Part shown: positions 19,266-28,945 of the stretch, piece by piece
Position numbering within the stretch: position 1 is the first letter of the stretch
Layout: the number at the start of each line of letters is the position of its first letter
DNA from: Escherichia coli
GTDB taxonomy: Bacteria > Pseudomonadota > Gammaproteobacteria > Enterobacterales > Enterobacteriaceae
Assembly: GCF_011045215.1 (NCBI RefSeq)
Contig: NZ_CP049201.1
DNA length: 64,000 bases
Reading direction: 5' to 3' (one strand)
Made by a program: the position numbers and the translations under genes
Notes under the pieces: generated by a model
What the model saw: the letters and a program-made list of their open reading frames with translations, nothing else
The model's database searches: none
Told to the model about the DNA's origin: nothing

Positions 19266-19964
19266 ATGAGTGAAGATAAACTGAACCAGAAAGATGTCCG
19301 GGCCGGCGCATTGCAGTCCTCGCTGTCCATTCTGTTACATACCCATTATGCCATTCGTCTTTGGGAAGGACGTTTACCCGGACGAAAGCCCGGGAATATG
19401 CCCTGGATTATGAGTATGCCGCAGGCAATAAAACGTGCCGGGGGGATTTACCGGGATTCCCTGGCGGATAATCCCTATGCCGATGAAGCGATGTGGAAGG
19501 TGGAAAATGCAATTAATGCTGCCAGTGAAAAAGTACATGCTCTGGTTGGCTGGCTGGAGCAGGTTCTGTGTGCCGTGCCGGCGAATATTACCATGACTGA
19601 TGTTGTATCCCGTTCTCCATTAAATATTGGGGTTTACAGTAGTTCTCCGCTGGGGTATCGCTGTGTCTGGCTGCTTGTGGGATATGATCAGATGGCTCTG
19701 AAAGCGTTTCAGGCATCCCACTTTGGCCTGATTTCCCGGCAGAAACGGGACGAGTTACTCTCACATGGCGGGTATCTTATCCGGAAAATTTACGGCATTT
19801 TAAGGGGTTATTATGCCATCCCTGTCACACGACAGGATCTTGAAGAAAAAACACCGGCGGGAGAACAGGCGATGGCACGCCTGGGGCTCCCTGATGCTGA
19901 GATTATGAATGGGCAGTTGCGATCATCATTTTCTCCTCCGCTGAAGAAAAAGAAGAATAAATAG
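19266..19964 (+). CDS. conserved ICE protein (232 aa), Lys-rich C-terminus
   Basis: ORF directly upstream of topB, as in PAPI-1-type elements. No catalytic motif recognised. Confidence 0.5.
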   Translation: MSEDKLNQKDVRAGALQSSLSILLHTHYAIRLWEGRLPGRKPGNMPWIMSMPQAIKRAGGIYRDSLADNPYADEAMWKVENAINAASEKVHALVGWLEQVLCAVPANITMTDVVSRSPLNIGVYSSSPLGYRCVWLLVGYDQMALKAFQASHFGLISRQKRDELLSHGGYLIRKIYGILRGYYAIPVTRQDLEEKTPAGEQAMARLGLPDAEIMNGQLRSSFSPPLKKKKNK

Positions 19965-19974
19965 TGGGGGATAA

Positions 19975-21984
19975 ATGCAACTTTACTTGTGTGAAAAACC
20001 GTCACAGGCGCGGGATATTGCCCGGGTGCTGGGGCTCAGCGGGCGGGGAGAGGGCTGTATTGAAGGTGATACTGTCACGGTCACCTGGGCTGTGGGGCAT
20101 CTGCTGGAGCTGGCCGCCCCGGAAGCGTACGGGGAACAGTTCGGGGTTCCCTGGCGTATGGAGTCGCTTCCCGTTCTGCCTGAAAAGTGGCAGATGACGG
20201 TTAAACCGCAGACGAAATCCCAGTTTACGGTGATCAGCCGCCTGCTGAAGCGTGCGTCTGAAGTGGTGATTGCCACGGATGCGGACAGGGAAGGAGAAGT
20301 CATCGCCCGGGAACTGCTGACGTACTGCCGGTACCGGGGGCCAGTCCGTCGGCTGTGGCTGTCTGCCCTGGATGAGGCCAGCGTCCGGGAGGCGCTGGCA
20401 AATATTCTGCCCGGTGAGCAGACGGCCCGTCTGTATGATGCCGGCCTGGCCCGTGGTCAGGCTGACTGGCTGATCGGGATGAACCTGACGCGTCTGTATA
20501 CCCTTAAGGCCCGGGCGTCGGGGATCCAGGATGTGTTGTCCGTCGGAAGGGTACAGACGCCGACACTTGCCATGGTGGTCAGACGGGATCAGGAGATTGC
20601 CGGTTTTGTGCCACGCCCCTGGTGGCAGGTGTTTGTCGGGCTGGAGAAAGACGGGATCCGGTTCCGGGTCGTCTGGGTGGCGGCAGAGCAGTACTGCGAT
20701 GAAGAGAAACGGTGCGTGAACGTTCAGGCGGCCCGGGCTGTTCTTCAGTTGTGTCAGCAGACACCGTCAGCGGTGGTGCATGAGGTGACCCGGAAGTGTG
20801 AAAAAACACCGGCTCCGCTCTGTTTTTCGCTGGGTACACTGCAGGAGGCCTGCTCCCGGAAATTTGGTATGGGAGCGCAGACTGTGCTGAATATCGCGCA
20901 GTCCCTGTATGAGACGCACAAAGCCACGACGTATCCCCGGACGGACTGTGGCTATCTGCCTGAATCCATGCAACAGGAAAGCCGGGAGGTACTGGCGGCG
21001 ATGGCGCGTTCAGACCCGGCCCTGACGCCGGTTCTGGCACAGCTCGATCCCGGTTTTGTTTCACGTATCTGGAATGACAAAAAGATTACGGCACACCATG
21101 CCATTATTCCGACCCGGCAGGTCTTTGATATCAGGGCACTGAGTGAAGATGAACTGAAGGTGTATCAGCTTATCCGCCAGCATTATCTGGCCCAGTTTCT
21201 GCCCCTGCAGGAGTCTGATATTACTGATGCAACACTGACACTCGGCGGGCAACGGTTCAGGGCCCGCGGGAAAGTGAATGTGGTGACGGGCTGGCGAAGC
21301 CTGTTTTCCGGGGAGGCTGCAGAAGTTGCTGAAGGTGAAGATGAACAGACGACGGAAATGGCGTTGCCGGCGCTTGAACGGGGAGAGCACTGCCGGATTA
21401 GCGGTTCAGAACTGAAGGACCGGATGACGTCACCTCCGGCACCTTTTACGGAAGGAACCCTGATTGCCGCCATGAAGAATGCTGCCAGTCAGGTCAGCGA
21501 CCCGAAGCTGAAAAAAGTGCTGCGGGAGAATGCCGGTCTGGGGACGGAGGCCACGCGGGCCGGTGTGCTGGAGGTGTTATTTGCCCGGCAGTATCTGGAG
21601 AAGAGCGGGAAGCATATCCGGTCAACGCAACGGGGCAGGGAACTGACGGCCGCCCTGCCGGAAGCCCTGACCAGTCCGGGCATGACGGCGCTGTGGGAGC
21701 AGGCTCTGGATGATATTGCACAGGGCAGAATGTCACTGGATACCTTTATGGGCAGACAGCAGCAGTGGGTGCGTCATCTGGTCTCATCCGGGCGGGAACA
21801 GCCCTTCAGTATGACGGTTCCGGTGACGCCGCCGTGCCCGCTTTGTCAGGGGCCGACCCGGCAGCGAAAGGGAAAGCACGGACTGTTCCGGAGCTGTCAG
21901 CGGTATCCTGAGTGTAAGGGCGTGGTGAACACGCAGAAAAAGGCCGGGCGACGAAAAAACGCGGGAAAAACTAAAACGGAGTAA
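19975..21984 (+). CDS. topB: DNA topoisomerase III (TopB-like)
   Basis: TOPRIM N-terminus (MQLYLCEKPSQARDIARVLGL...VVIATDADREGEVIAREL), type IA core, C-terminal zinc-ribbon cysteines (CPLCQG...CQRYPEC). Confidence 0.9.
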   Translation: MQLYLCEKPSQARDIARVLGLSGRGEGCIEGDTVTVTWAVGHLLELAAPEAYGEQFGVPWRMESLPVLPEKWQMTVKPQTKSQFTVISRLLKRASEVVIATDADREGEVIARELLTYCRYRGPVRRLWLSALDEASVREALANILPGEQTARLYDAGLARGQADWLIGMNLTRLYTLKARASGIQDVLSVGRVQTPTLAMVVRRDQEIAGFVPRPWWQVFVGLEKDGIRFRVVWVAAEQYCDEEKRCVNVQAARAVLQLCQQTPSAVVHEVTRKCEKTPAPLCFSLGTLQEACSRKFGMGAQTVLNIAQSLYETHKATTYPRTDCGYLPESMQQESREVLAAMARSDPALTPVLAQLDPGFVSRIWNDKKITAHHAIIPTRQVFDIRALSEDELKVYQLIRQHYLAQFLPLQESDITDATLTLGGQRFRARGKVNVVTGWRSLFSGEAAEVAEGEDEQTTEMALPALERGEHCRISGSELKDRMTSPPAPFTEGTLIAAMKNAASQVSDPKLKKVLRENAGLGTEATRAGVLEVLFARQYLEKSGKHIRSTQRGRELTAALPEALTSPGMTALWEQALDDIAQGRMSLDTFMGRQQQWVRHLVSSGREQPFSMTVPVTPPCPLCQGPTRQRKGKHGLFRSCQRYPECKGVVNTQKKAGRRKNAGKTKTE

Positions 21985-22220
21985 TCTTAATTTCTCCCTG
22001 TTCAGGATCGGGTAGTGTGGTTAAGCTTTGATGTATACCCCCGTTATCAGCGGGAGGCTGGCTCAACGAAAACACAACGGCGTTCAGTCAGCTACTGATA
22101 CCACAACCGGCCATCGCACATCCTGTCGGGTTGTAAGGCGCATGCCCTCCGTGAAAAACGCGCCGGGATTTATCCCCGGAGACAAGTGAGATAACCACCG
22201 GGCTGGTACCCCCCTGTAAC

Positions 22221-22248
22221 GGCGCTGTATTTGCAGCGCCGTTTTTTA
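22221..22248 (+). terminator. rho-independent terminator downstream of topB
   Basis: GGCGCTGtatttgCAGCGCC followed by TTTTTTA. Confidence 0.65.
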
Positions 22249-22312
22249 TTCCGGGTTGACTTTCCATGGATGTGTTTTAAAAATAACCGGGCTTATTTGC
22301 TGCATCTGCAGC

Positions 22313-22496
22313 CAGCCAATGTTTCAGCAGTCTGAGAGAAACGCCTTCGGGTGACTGCCAGCCAACGTTTCACCGGCCTGAGAGAAACACCTTCGGGTGG
22401 CCGGAATATCCTCGTAGCCTGAAAGAGGATGCCTGTGGGCGGTACATCCGTTTAACCTCTGGAAACGGATATCACTGTTCAGTGATTGAGGTCTTT
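22313..22496 (+). ncRNA. structured repeat element R1 (two pseudoknot-like units plus terminal hairpin domain); candidate sRNA or single-strand structural element
   Basis: Units CCAGCCAAyGTTTCa-stem-TGAGAGAAACrCCTTCGGGTG-stem, then ..GGTACATCCGTTTAACCTCTGGAAACGGATATCACTGTTCAGTGATTGAGGTC followed by TTTTT. Homologous to R2 and R3 with compensatory stem changes. Confidence 0.45.
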
Positions 22497-22614
22497 TTAC
22501 TTCTCAGACAGCCGGAATTCAGCTGATCCGGCATCCCCGACGGGAACATTCACTTCCGTCAGGGATGGTGATGTTCTCCGTCATCACATTTTTTAACTCC
22601 ATGGAGAAATCATC

Positions 22615-23070
22615 ATGTCTGTAAATACTGCTAAAACTGAATACTTTAATCTGACCCTGAAAGGTCTGGGGTATCTCAGTAATGTACGTCAGGTGAATCA
22701 CCAGAACGGCTCGTTTCTCAGCTGTGTGGTGAATGCGCTGAGCGGACCCACGGACAGCCCGTCCTACGTCCGTTTTGATGTCACGGTTGCCGGTAAAGAG
22801 GCGACTGCCCTGATTGCCCGCTGCCAGAAGGCGGTGGATGAAGATCGCAAGGTGCTGCTTGGCTTCACGCTGAGCAACCTGTCCACTGACATCTTCACTC
22901 TGAACAAGGGAGAGCATGCCGGTGAACAACGCGTCAGCCTGAAGGCCCGCCTGATCAAGGTGGACTGGATCAAGATAGGCCAGGAGATGGTTTACAAGGC
23001 TGAAAAATCAGACTCCCAGCCGCCGCAAAACGGCACCATGCAACAGCAATACGCAGAAAACTCTTTCTGA
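22615..23070 (+). CDS. conserved ICE protein upstream of ssb (151 aa; DUF3577-like)
   Basis: GGAG RBS; position between topB and ssb is typical for this ICE family. Family name is from memory. Confidence 0.55.
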   Translation: MSVNTAKTEYFNLTLKGLGYLSNVRQVNHQNGSFLSCVVNALSGPTDSPSYVRFDVTVAGKEATALIARCQKAVDEDRKVLLGFTLSNLSTDIFTLNKGEHAGEQRVSLKARLIKVDWIKIGQEMVYKAEKSDSQPPQNGTMQQQYAENSF

Positions 23071-23160
23071 TCGTACTTTTCTCAACCGTCCTGATGAAAA
23101 CAGACTGCCTCATCAGGGCGGTCTGTTTTCTTATTGTCTTTATCTTTAAGGAAACTTCTT

Positions 23161-23364
23161 ATGCAACAGCCAAATGGCATGCTGGCCGCACAGGCCGGCT
23201 ATACGTTACCCCTTCAGGTTCTCCGCAGCGTACGTGGTTATTATATTGGTACTCAGTGTGATGAGGGACCGGTGTCCCGCGAATCCGTGGAGTATTACAG
23301 AGACCATGAGCAGGCGGCACAGGCGCTGGAAAGCGGCACCTGGACGCAGCGGACGTGTGCGTGA
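23161..23364 (+). CDS. hypothetical small protein (67 aa)
   Basis: Short ORF with AGGAA-like RBS between the DUF3577-like gene and ssb. Confidence 0.35.
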   Translation: MQQPNGMLAAQAGYTLPLQVLRSVRGYYIGTQCDEGPVSRESVEYYRDHEQAAQALESGTWTQRTCA

Positions 23365-23379
23365 GGATGAGGAGGCTAT

Positions 23380-23913
23380 ATGGCATCACGCGGTATTAAT
23401 AAGGTGATACTGATAGGACATCTTGGACAGGATCCGGAGATTCGTTATCTTCCCAATGGCGGAGCCGTGGCGAACCTGACCCTGGCCACCAGTGAATCCT
23501 GGCGTGATAAACAGAGCGGTGAAATGAAGGAGCAGACCGAGTGGCACCGCGTGGTGATTTTCGGAAAACTGGCGGAGATAGCCGGTGAATACCTGCGTAA
23601 GGGTTCACAGGTGTACATCGAGGGCCAGTTAAAGACCCGGAAGTGGTTCGATCAGCAGAATGGTGTTGATCGCTACGCAACGGAAGTGGTGGTGAGTGTC
23701 AACGGCACCCTGCAGATGCTGGGCTCTCCGCGCCAGCAGGCCAGTGGTGCCGCACCCGTACACAGCGGTCAGGGAACTGCCGGTGCGCCGGCGGGTAACT
23801 CACCGTCACCGGCTTCCGGGAACGGCGGGGGAATGCCGATGGATTTTGACGACGACATTCCCTTCAGTGGACCGGGATATGGCGCTGAACGGCGGATTAT
23901 CCATGCCATGTAA
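23380..23913 (+). CDS. ssb: single-stranded DNA-binding protein with a 15-aa extension beyond the DDDIPF tip
   Basis: OB-fold N-terminus ([44 protein letters not shown]...), Gly/Pro/Gln-rich linker and acidic MDFDDDIPF motif, but the frame continues [15 protein letters not shown] before the stop. Confidence 0.85.
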   Translation: MASRGINKVILIGHLGQDPEIRYLPNGGAVANLTLATSESWRDKQSGEMKEQTEWHRVVIFGKLAEIAGEYLRKGSQVYIEGQLKTRKWFDQQNGVDRYATEVVVSVNGTLQMLGSPRQQASGAAPVHSGQGTAGAPAGNSPSPASGNGGGMPMDFDDDIPFSGPGYGAERRIIHAM

Positions 23914-23961
23914 TGTTAACCCCGGGGGCATCACTGCCCCCATTTTTACCAAGGAGGTATC

Positions 23962-24894
23962 GTGAGTGAAAAAAATCATACCACCCCCACGCCACACGAT
24001 GCGGCGTTCAGGGCGATGATGGAAACCCCTTCGGTTGCAAGGGATTTTCTGGAGGCTGCGTTGCCGCCGGCACAGTTACAGCGGTGCGATATGAACACCC
24101 TGAAGCTGGAGCCGGCCACGTTTGTGGATCCGGATTTGCGTCAGTATGCCAGTGACGTTCTGTGGAGCATGAAAACCACCGACGGGCGTGATGGTTACAT
24201 CTACGCGCTGACGGAACATCAGAGCTCTGCGGATCGTTTTATGGCCCTGCGCATGATGCATTATGTGCTGGCGATAATGTATCGTCACCTGAAAACGCAT
24301 AATCAGGCCCCCGTTGTGATCCCGGTGCTTTTTTATCACGGTGAACCCAGTCCGTATCCGTACAGCCTGAACTGGCTGGACTGTCTGGACGATCCGGCGC
24401 TTGGTCGTGAGCTTTACGGCGAAGGAAAGCCGCCCCGCGTCATTGATGTGGGTCTTCTTGATGATGAGGGTATCCGTCACTATCAGCAGATGGCGGCCCT
24501 GATGCTTCTGATGAAGGTCCGTCAGCGGAAGGGCGATCTGATGACGCAGCTTGACTTTCTGTCACAGTTGCTTCAGATACAGGGAACACACGATCAGGTG
24601 GTGGTTCTGTTAAACTATATGGTGAAGGCGTGCGATTCGGCTTCACCGGAATTTATACGGGTGATGGCAGAACATCTGCCCCGGTATGAGGATGATATTA
24701 TGACTATCGCTGAACGACTTGAACTGGCGGGTATCGAAAAAGGTATCGAAAAAGGCCGTCAGGAAGAGAGAGAAAAGGCGCTTGAGAAGACGCTTGAGGC
24801 TGCCCGTCGGATGCAGAAGATGGGGATGTCGCCTGAGAGTATTCAGGAGATCCTGCAGCTTTCTGATGACGAGCTGCGGAAAGCGCTCGGTTAA
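23962..24894 (+). CDS. Rpn-family recombination-promoting nuclease / putative transposase (YhgA-like)
   Basis: N-terminal hallmark TPHDAAFRAMMETPSVARDFLEAALP and PD-(D/E)XK-like core (YIYALTEHQS). AAGGAGG RBS. Confidence 0.75.
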   Translation: MSEKNHTTPTPHDAAFRAMMETPSVARDFLEAALPPAQLQRCDMNTLKLEPATFVDPDLRQYASDVLWSMKTTDGRDGYIYALTEHQSSADRFMALRMMHYVLAIMYRHLKTHNQAPVVIPVLFYHGEPSPYPYSLNWLDCLDDPALGRELYGEGKPPRVIDVGLLDDEGIRHYQQMAALMLLMKVRQRKGDLMTQLDFLSQLLQIQGTHDQVVVLLNYMVKACDSASPEFIRVMAEHLPRYEDDIMTIAERLELAGIEKGIEKGRQEEREKALEKTLEAARRMQKMGMSPESIQEILQLSDDELRKALG

Positions 24895-25079
24895 TCCGTT
24901 TCCGTGTTATCACGGGGCGGGGTGTGGCTGATATGAGAGGCCACTTTCCGCATAATCAACATCACGCCAGCTTTTACGCTGGCGTTTTTTTTGTTTACTG
25001 ATAATGAGTTGTTCGTTGAGCCTGCCGGCGCTTCTTTGCACAGTGACCGCTGTTTTATCACTGCAGAGGAGTTATCCGG

Positions 25080-25682
25080 ATGAAGATGCAACCCGGGATC
25101 TTATTTTCCCTGGTTACCCTGGCCCTGCTGGCCGGGTGTAACAGCCCACAAAAACTTCAGCAACGTGCGCCGGCCACGCCGGTACCTTCCGTCAGCGTTT
25201 CCCGCAATGTACAGCCGGTGTCACAGGATATTTATGCGCAGCCGGCACCGGAGGTGGTGCGTTACGACCGTTACCTGCTGGTCAGCACGGCACCGCAGGC
25301 CGCGCAGCGTGACCCGCTTTCCCAGGTGATTGATATCCGTATTCCGGCGTCGTTAAAGCCCACCGTGGCTGATGCCATGCGTTATGCCCTGAAACAGTCC
25401 GGTTACACGCTGTGTGTCACCGGGCCGGCCAATGGTGTGTTGTACCGCCAGCCCCTGCCCGCCGTGCAGTATCAGCAGGGACCGGTGCGACTGCGTACGG
25501 CCCTGCAGGTGATGGCGGGACCGGCCTGGCAACTGGAGGTGGATGACGTTCAGCGTGTGGTCTGCCACAGCCTGCGGGCGGGGTATCAGTTACCGGCAGG
25601 CCAGCTGGCACCCGTGTCGGTTTCCCCGGTAATCACGGCCCCGGTGGTGCAACCGGTTAAGGGAGGCTTCCTGAAAAAATGA
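25080..25682 (+). CDS. pilL: PilL-like conjugative type IV pilus lipoprotein
   Basis: Lipobox LLAGC after a signal peptide; first gene of the long plus-strand transfer cluster, as in SPI-7/PAPI-1-type ICEs. Confidence 0.65.
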   Translation: MKMQPGILFSLVTLALLAGCNSPQKLQQRAPATPVPSVSVSRNVQPVSQDIYAQPAPEVVRYDRYLLVSTAPQAAQRDPLSQVIDIRIPASLKPTVADAMRYALKQSGYTLCVTGPANGVLYRQPLPAVQYQQGPVRLRTALQVMAGPAWQLEVDDVQRVVCHSLRAGYQLPAGQLAPVSVSPVITAPVVQPVKGGFLKK

Positions 25683-26452
25683 GCAAACAACAGGAGATGA
25701 TGACACCTGTTCCGGCAGATAACCCCACAACACGCCGGTGTTCACTTCTGCGGGGTGTGGCAGTCGGCTCCCTGATCCTGCTGGTTATGGTGGCGGGCAT
25801 GGCGCTGTATCTGACAGGGCGCGGCATGCTGGCGATGGATACCCGCCTGGCAACACTGGAACAACAGCAGGGGGAGCGTCTGACACCGGCGGCGCTGGCC
25901 CCGTTACAGTCACGACTGAGTGAACTGGAGACGAAGCTGCAGACGGAGAGTGCGCGTCTGGCGCAGCTGGCCCGGCAGCCCGTTCTGACGGAGGTTCAGC
26001 AGACGCAGCTTAATGGACTGCCGGCGTCCCTTGAGCAGATTCAGGCGGCACAGAAGGCCCTTTTCCTGCGGCTGGACACACTGGCGGCACTGGCAGAGAA
26101 GTCACAGTCCCGGGCGGTTCAGTCCGAATCCCCCTCTGCTTCCGGTACTGAGAAAAAGGACGTATCCGGAACGAAAGAACCCTCTCCGGTGGTACAGAAA
26201 ATCGCCCGCCCTGCAACGGCACGCTCAGGTACGTCACACACCTCCCGTTACGCACCGTTTGTGCTGACCGGCACCGAGCGCCGGGGGGCGCTGTCATATG
26301 CGGCGGTGGCACCCCGGGGATATACCAGCCTGTCGCAGGTGGCACTGCTCGGGGAAGGTGAGAGTGTGGCCGGCTGGACACTGATTCATGCCGGTCACGA
26401 ACAGGCGACGTTCCGGGTGAACGGACGTCCGGTACAGGTCAGGGTGGAGTGA
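25679..26452 (+). CDS. conserved ICE transfer protein (TM anchor, coiled-coil, C-terminal beta domain)
   Basis: Overlaps the pilL stop; TM helix VAVGSLILLVMVAGMALYL. Confidence 0.55.
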   Translation: MSKQQEMMTPVPADNPTTRRCSLLRGVAVGSLILLVMVAGMALYLTGRGMLAMDTRLATLEQQQGERLTPAALAPLQSRLSELETKLQTESARLAQLARQPVLTEVQQTQLNGLPASLEQIQAAQKALFLRLDTLAALAEKSQSRAVQSESPSASGTEKKDVSGTKEPSPVVQKIARPATARSGTSHTSRYAPFVLTGTERRGALSYAAVAPRGYTSLSQVALLGEGESVAGWTLIHAGHEQATFRVNGRPVQVRVE

Positions 26453-27178
26453 GTGAAGATGAGACTGAAATCCCTGTTACTGGTGATGCTGATACCTGCA
26501 CTGGCGCAGGCTGCAGACCAGAACACGACCGGGACGGACGCGTCCCGCACGGATACGTCACAGCATACGCAGAGCACCACGCAGTCGCTGCAACAGCAGG
26601 CTGGCCGGTGGGGACTGAGTGAGGAGGACTGGGGGCGTTATCAGGAACTGATGGCGGGACCCCGCGGGATACAGTCGCCGGGTCTGGACCCGCTGACAGC
26701 ACTGGGTATTGAGGCCCGTACACCGGCTGAACGCCGTGCATATGCCGAAAAGTGGGTGAAGGAAGAGTATGCCCGTACGGAGAAGGAGCTGGCTTTTCAG
26801 CGGGAGGTTGATGCGGCATGGCAGCGTCTTTATCCCGGAAAGCTGCCGGTCAGTATGGGCAATACCGGTATTCTGACCGGGGACACCGGAGGCAGACTGG
26901 CGCTGTTTGTGAAGGCGAAGGACTGTGCGTCCTGTGATATCCGCCTGAGTAAGGTGCTGGCATCCGGTAAGCCGGTGGATATTTATCTGGTGGACAGTCA
27001 GGGGAAAGACGGAGTGCTTCGTCAGTGGGCACGTGAGCACAACATCCCACCAGAGAAGGTCCGCAGCCGGCATATCACCCTGAACCATGATGCGGGGCGC
27101 TGGCTGCGTTTTGGTGAGGGACAGATGCCGGTGGTACTGCAGCAGGGGGCAGACGGATGGCGCGTGGCTGCATTCTGA
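26453..27178 (+). CDS. conserved ICE periplasmic protein (signal peptide; CxxC pair)
   Basis: Signal peptide MKMRLKSLLLVMLIPALAQA; KDCASCD motif. Confidence 0.55.
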   Translation: MKMRLKSLLLVMLIPALAQAADQNTTGTDASRTDTSQHTQSTTQSLQQQAGRWGLSEEDWGRYQELMAGPRGIQSPGLDPLTALGIEARTPAERRAYAEKWVKEEYARTEKELAFQREVDAAWQRLYPGKLPVSMGNTGILTGDTGGRLALFVKAKDCASCDIRLSKVLASGKPVDIYLVDSQGKDGVLRQWAREHNIPPEKVRSRHITLNHDAGRWLRFGEGQMPVVLQQGADGWRVAAF

Positions 27179-27819
27179 GTCTTCTGCTGATGACGGGCAT
27201 GTGTCAGGCCGTTGCGCAGACCATTCCGGACGGCTATGTGCAGGTGGCCCGTGCACATGGGATTCCGGCAGAAGTGCTGTATGCCGTCTCCCTGACAGAG
27301 ACCGCCATGGCACCCGGGGATGTGGCCGGCGTCATGCAGTATTCCCGCCGCGACGGGCGTCTGCCGGATGTCTCCCGCCCCTGGCCCTGGACACTCAATG
27401 TGGCCGGGAAGGGGTACCGTTATGCCAGCCGTCTGGAGGCCTGGCAGGCACTGCAGGTGTTTCTGAAACGTTATCCGGCCAGACGCATTGATGTCGGGAT
27501 AGCGCAGGTCAATCTGGGGTGGAATGGTCATCGCTTCCCGTCAACATGGGCGGCCTTTGACCCGTACATCAGTCTTGAGACGGCGGCGGTCATTCTGCAG
27601 GAGTGCCGTCAGCGCCATCCCGACAGCTGGCTGAAGACAGCCGGTTGTTATCACCATCCTGCCGGTGGAAAGCCGGCCGCCCGTTACACCGCTGTGGTCA
27701 GACGTCATCTGGACCGGCTGTATGTCCGGTCAGCAACAACAGGTATGACGTCACGGCAGACAGCCATGCTGGCACCGGCTGCGGATTATATCTGGACAGA
27801 GCCCCGGAGGCGCGAATGA
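27157..27819 (+). CDS. lytic transglycosylase (SLT-domain), T4SS-associated
   Basis: Signal peptide, then SLT-like motifs (AVSLTETA; IDVGIAQVNLGWNG). Confidence 0.65.
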   Translation: MARGCILSLLLMTGMCQAVAQTIPDGYVQVARAHGIPAEVLYAVSLTETAMAPGDVAGVMQYSRRDGRLPDVSRPWPWTLNVAGKGYRYASRLEAWQALQVFLKRYPARRIDVGIAQVNLGWNGHRFPSTWAAFDPYISLETAAVILQECRQRHPDSWLKTAGCYHHPAGGKPAARYTAVVRRHLDRLYVRSATTGMTSRQTAMLAPAADYIWTEPRRRE

Positions 27820-28343
27820 ACAGACTGAAACGGATTATCCCTTTTACTTTTCCTGTATGGCTTCTGTTTTCAGCGAACGTCAGTGCTGAACTGACGGTGA
27901 TTGCTGACCTGGGCGGCAGGGATGCTGCTCCTTTTTTTGAGGGTATCAACCGGCAGGCACCGGCTTCTGCTCCGGTTGTTTCACCACCGCCTCTTCTGCA
28001 GGGGGAAGCCGCGATGCTGCCGGTCAGCACACCTGAAATGTCACCCGGCGAGGTGACACCACGCCCGCTTCAGCTACCGGGCATCGGTGCACTTTTCCTT
28101 GTGGGGGATGATGCGTATTCCCGCGAGTGGCTGCAGAAAAATGCTGCTGCGCTCCGGGCGCGCCATGCCGTCGGGATGGTGGTGAATGTGGCTGATGAAA
28201 ACGGCCTGCGCACGCTGCGTGAACTGGCCCCCGGCGTGGCGATGGCACCGGCATCCGGTTCTGCGCTGGCCCGCCGGTTACAGCTGAAGTCTTACCCGGT
28301 ACTGATAACGGACAACGGGCTGTCACAGGAGGTGGTGCCATGA
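27816..28343 (+). CDS. conserved ICE periplasmic protein (signal peptide)
   Basis: Start overlaps the previous stop; signal peptide MNRLKRIIPFTFPVWLLFSANVSA. Confidence 0.55.
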   Translation: MNRLKRIIPFTFPVWLLFSANVSAELTVIADLGGRDAAPFFEGINRQAPASAPVVSPPPLLQGEAAMLPVSTPEMSPGEVTPRPLQLPGIGALFLVGDDAYSREWLQKNAAALRARHAVGMVVNVADENGLRTLRELAPGVAMAPASGSALARRLQLKSYPVLITDNGLSQEVVP

Positions 28344-28945
28344 TGCCGGCACCAGTGATAACCGCAGCCCTGCTGGTCAGCCCGGTGCTGATGGCCTGTC
28401 TGATGCTCTGCCTGCTGACCGTGTTGCTGATGCTCATTCTGCGGGAATGTCGACGGAAACGGGGAGGTGTCCGGAACCGTCGCCATCAGCGTTACCGTGC
28501 CACCGCCGCCCGGGTACTGGGCAGACTGAAGACGCTGCCGGGGGATGCGCATCGTCTGAAGTATCTGCGCAAAATCAACCCGTATGTCTTCGAAGAATTG
28601 CTGTTACTGGCCCTGAAGCAGCAGGGGATGACGGTTATCCACAATCCCTGCTACAGCGGTGATGGTGGTCTGGACGGACAGGTGATGATTAACGGTGAGC
28701 GCTGGCTGATACAGGCAAAGCGCTACGGACGGACCATCCGCCCGGCACATATTGATGCCTTCGGGGAACTGCTGCGCCGGGAGGGCTGCCGGGGGTTTTT
28801 TATTCATACCGGCCGTACGGGGCCGGCCAGCCGGGCCAGGCTGACACTGTGGCCGGATATCGAACTGGTCAGCGGGCAGCGTCTGCTGAAACTGCTGAAC
28901 GGAACATTACTGACAGATGAACTTACCAGAGGGGAGCGGAGATGA
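28340..28945 (+). CDS. membrane-anchored restriction-endonuclease-like protein (Mrr-cat-like PD-(D/E)XK domain)
   Basis: N-terminal TM segment, then FEELLLLALKQQGMTVIHNPCYSGDGGLDGQVMINGERWLIQAKRY, which resembles the D...(D/E)xK core of Mrr-type nucleases. Confidence 0.5.
   Translation: MMPAPVITAALLVSPVLMACLMLCLLTVLLMLILRECRRKRGGVRNRRHQRYRATAARVLGRLKTLPGDAHRLKYLRKINPYVFEELLLLALKQQGMTVIHNPCYSGDGGLDGQVMINGERWLIQAKRYGRTIRPAHIDAFGELLRREGCRGFFIHTGRTGPASRARLTLWPDIELVSGQRLLKLLNGTLLTDELTRGERR

Noticed and set aside
22313-22496. Hammerhead or other self-cleaving ribozyme in the R repeats
   Set aside because: The conserved CTGAGAGAAAC stretch superficially recalls CUGAnGA..GAAA, but the order of stems relative to these motifs does not fit the hammerhead core; no known ribozyme consensus could be matched by eye.
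26558-27531. Minus-strand ORFs of 251 and 169 aa
   Set aside because: Antisense to coupled plus-strand transfer genes carrying signal peptides and SLT motifs.
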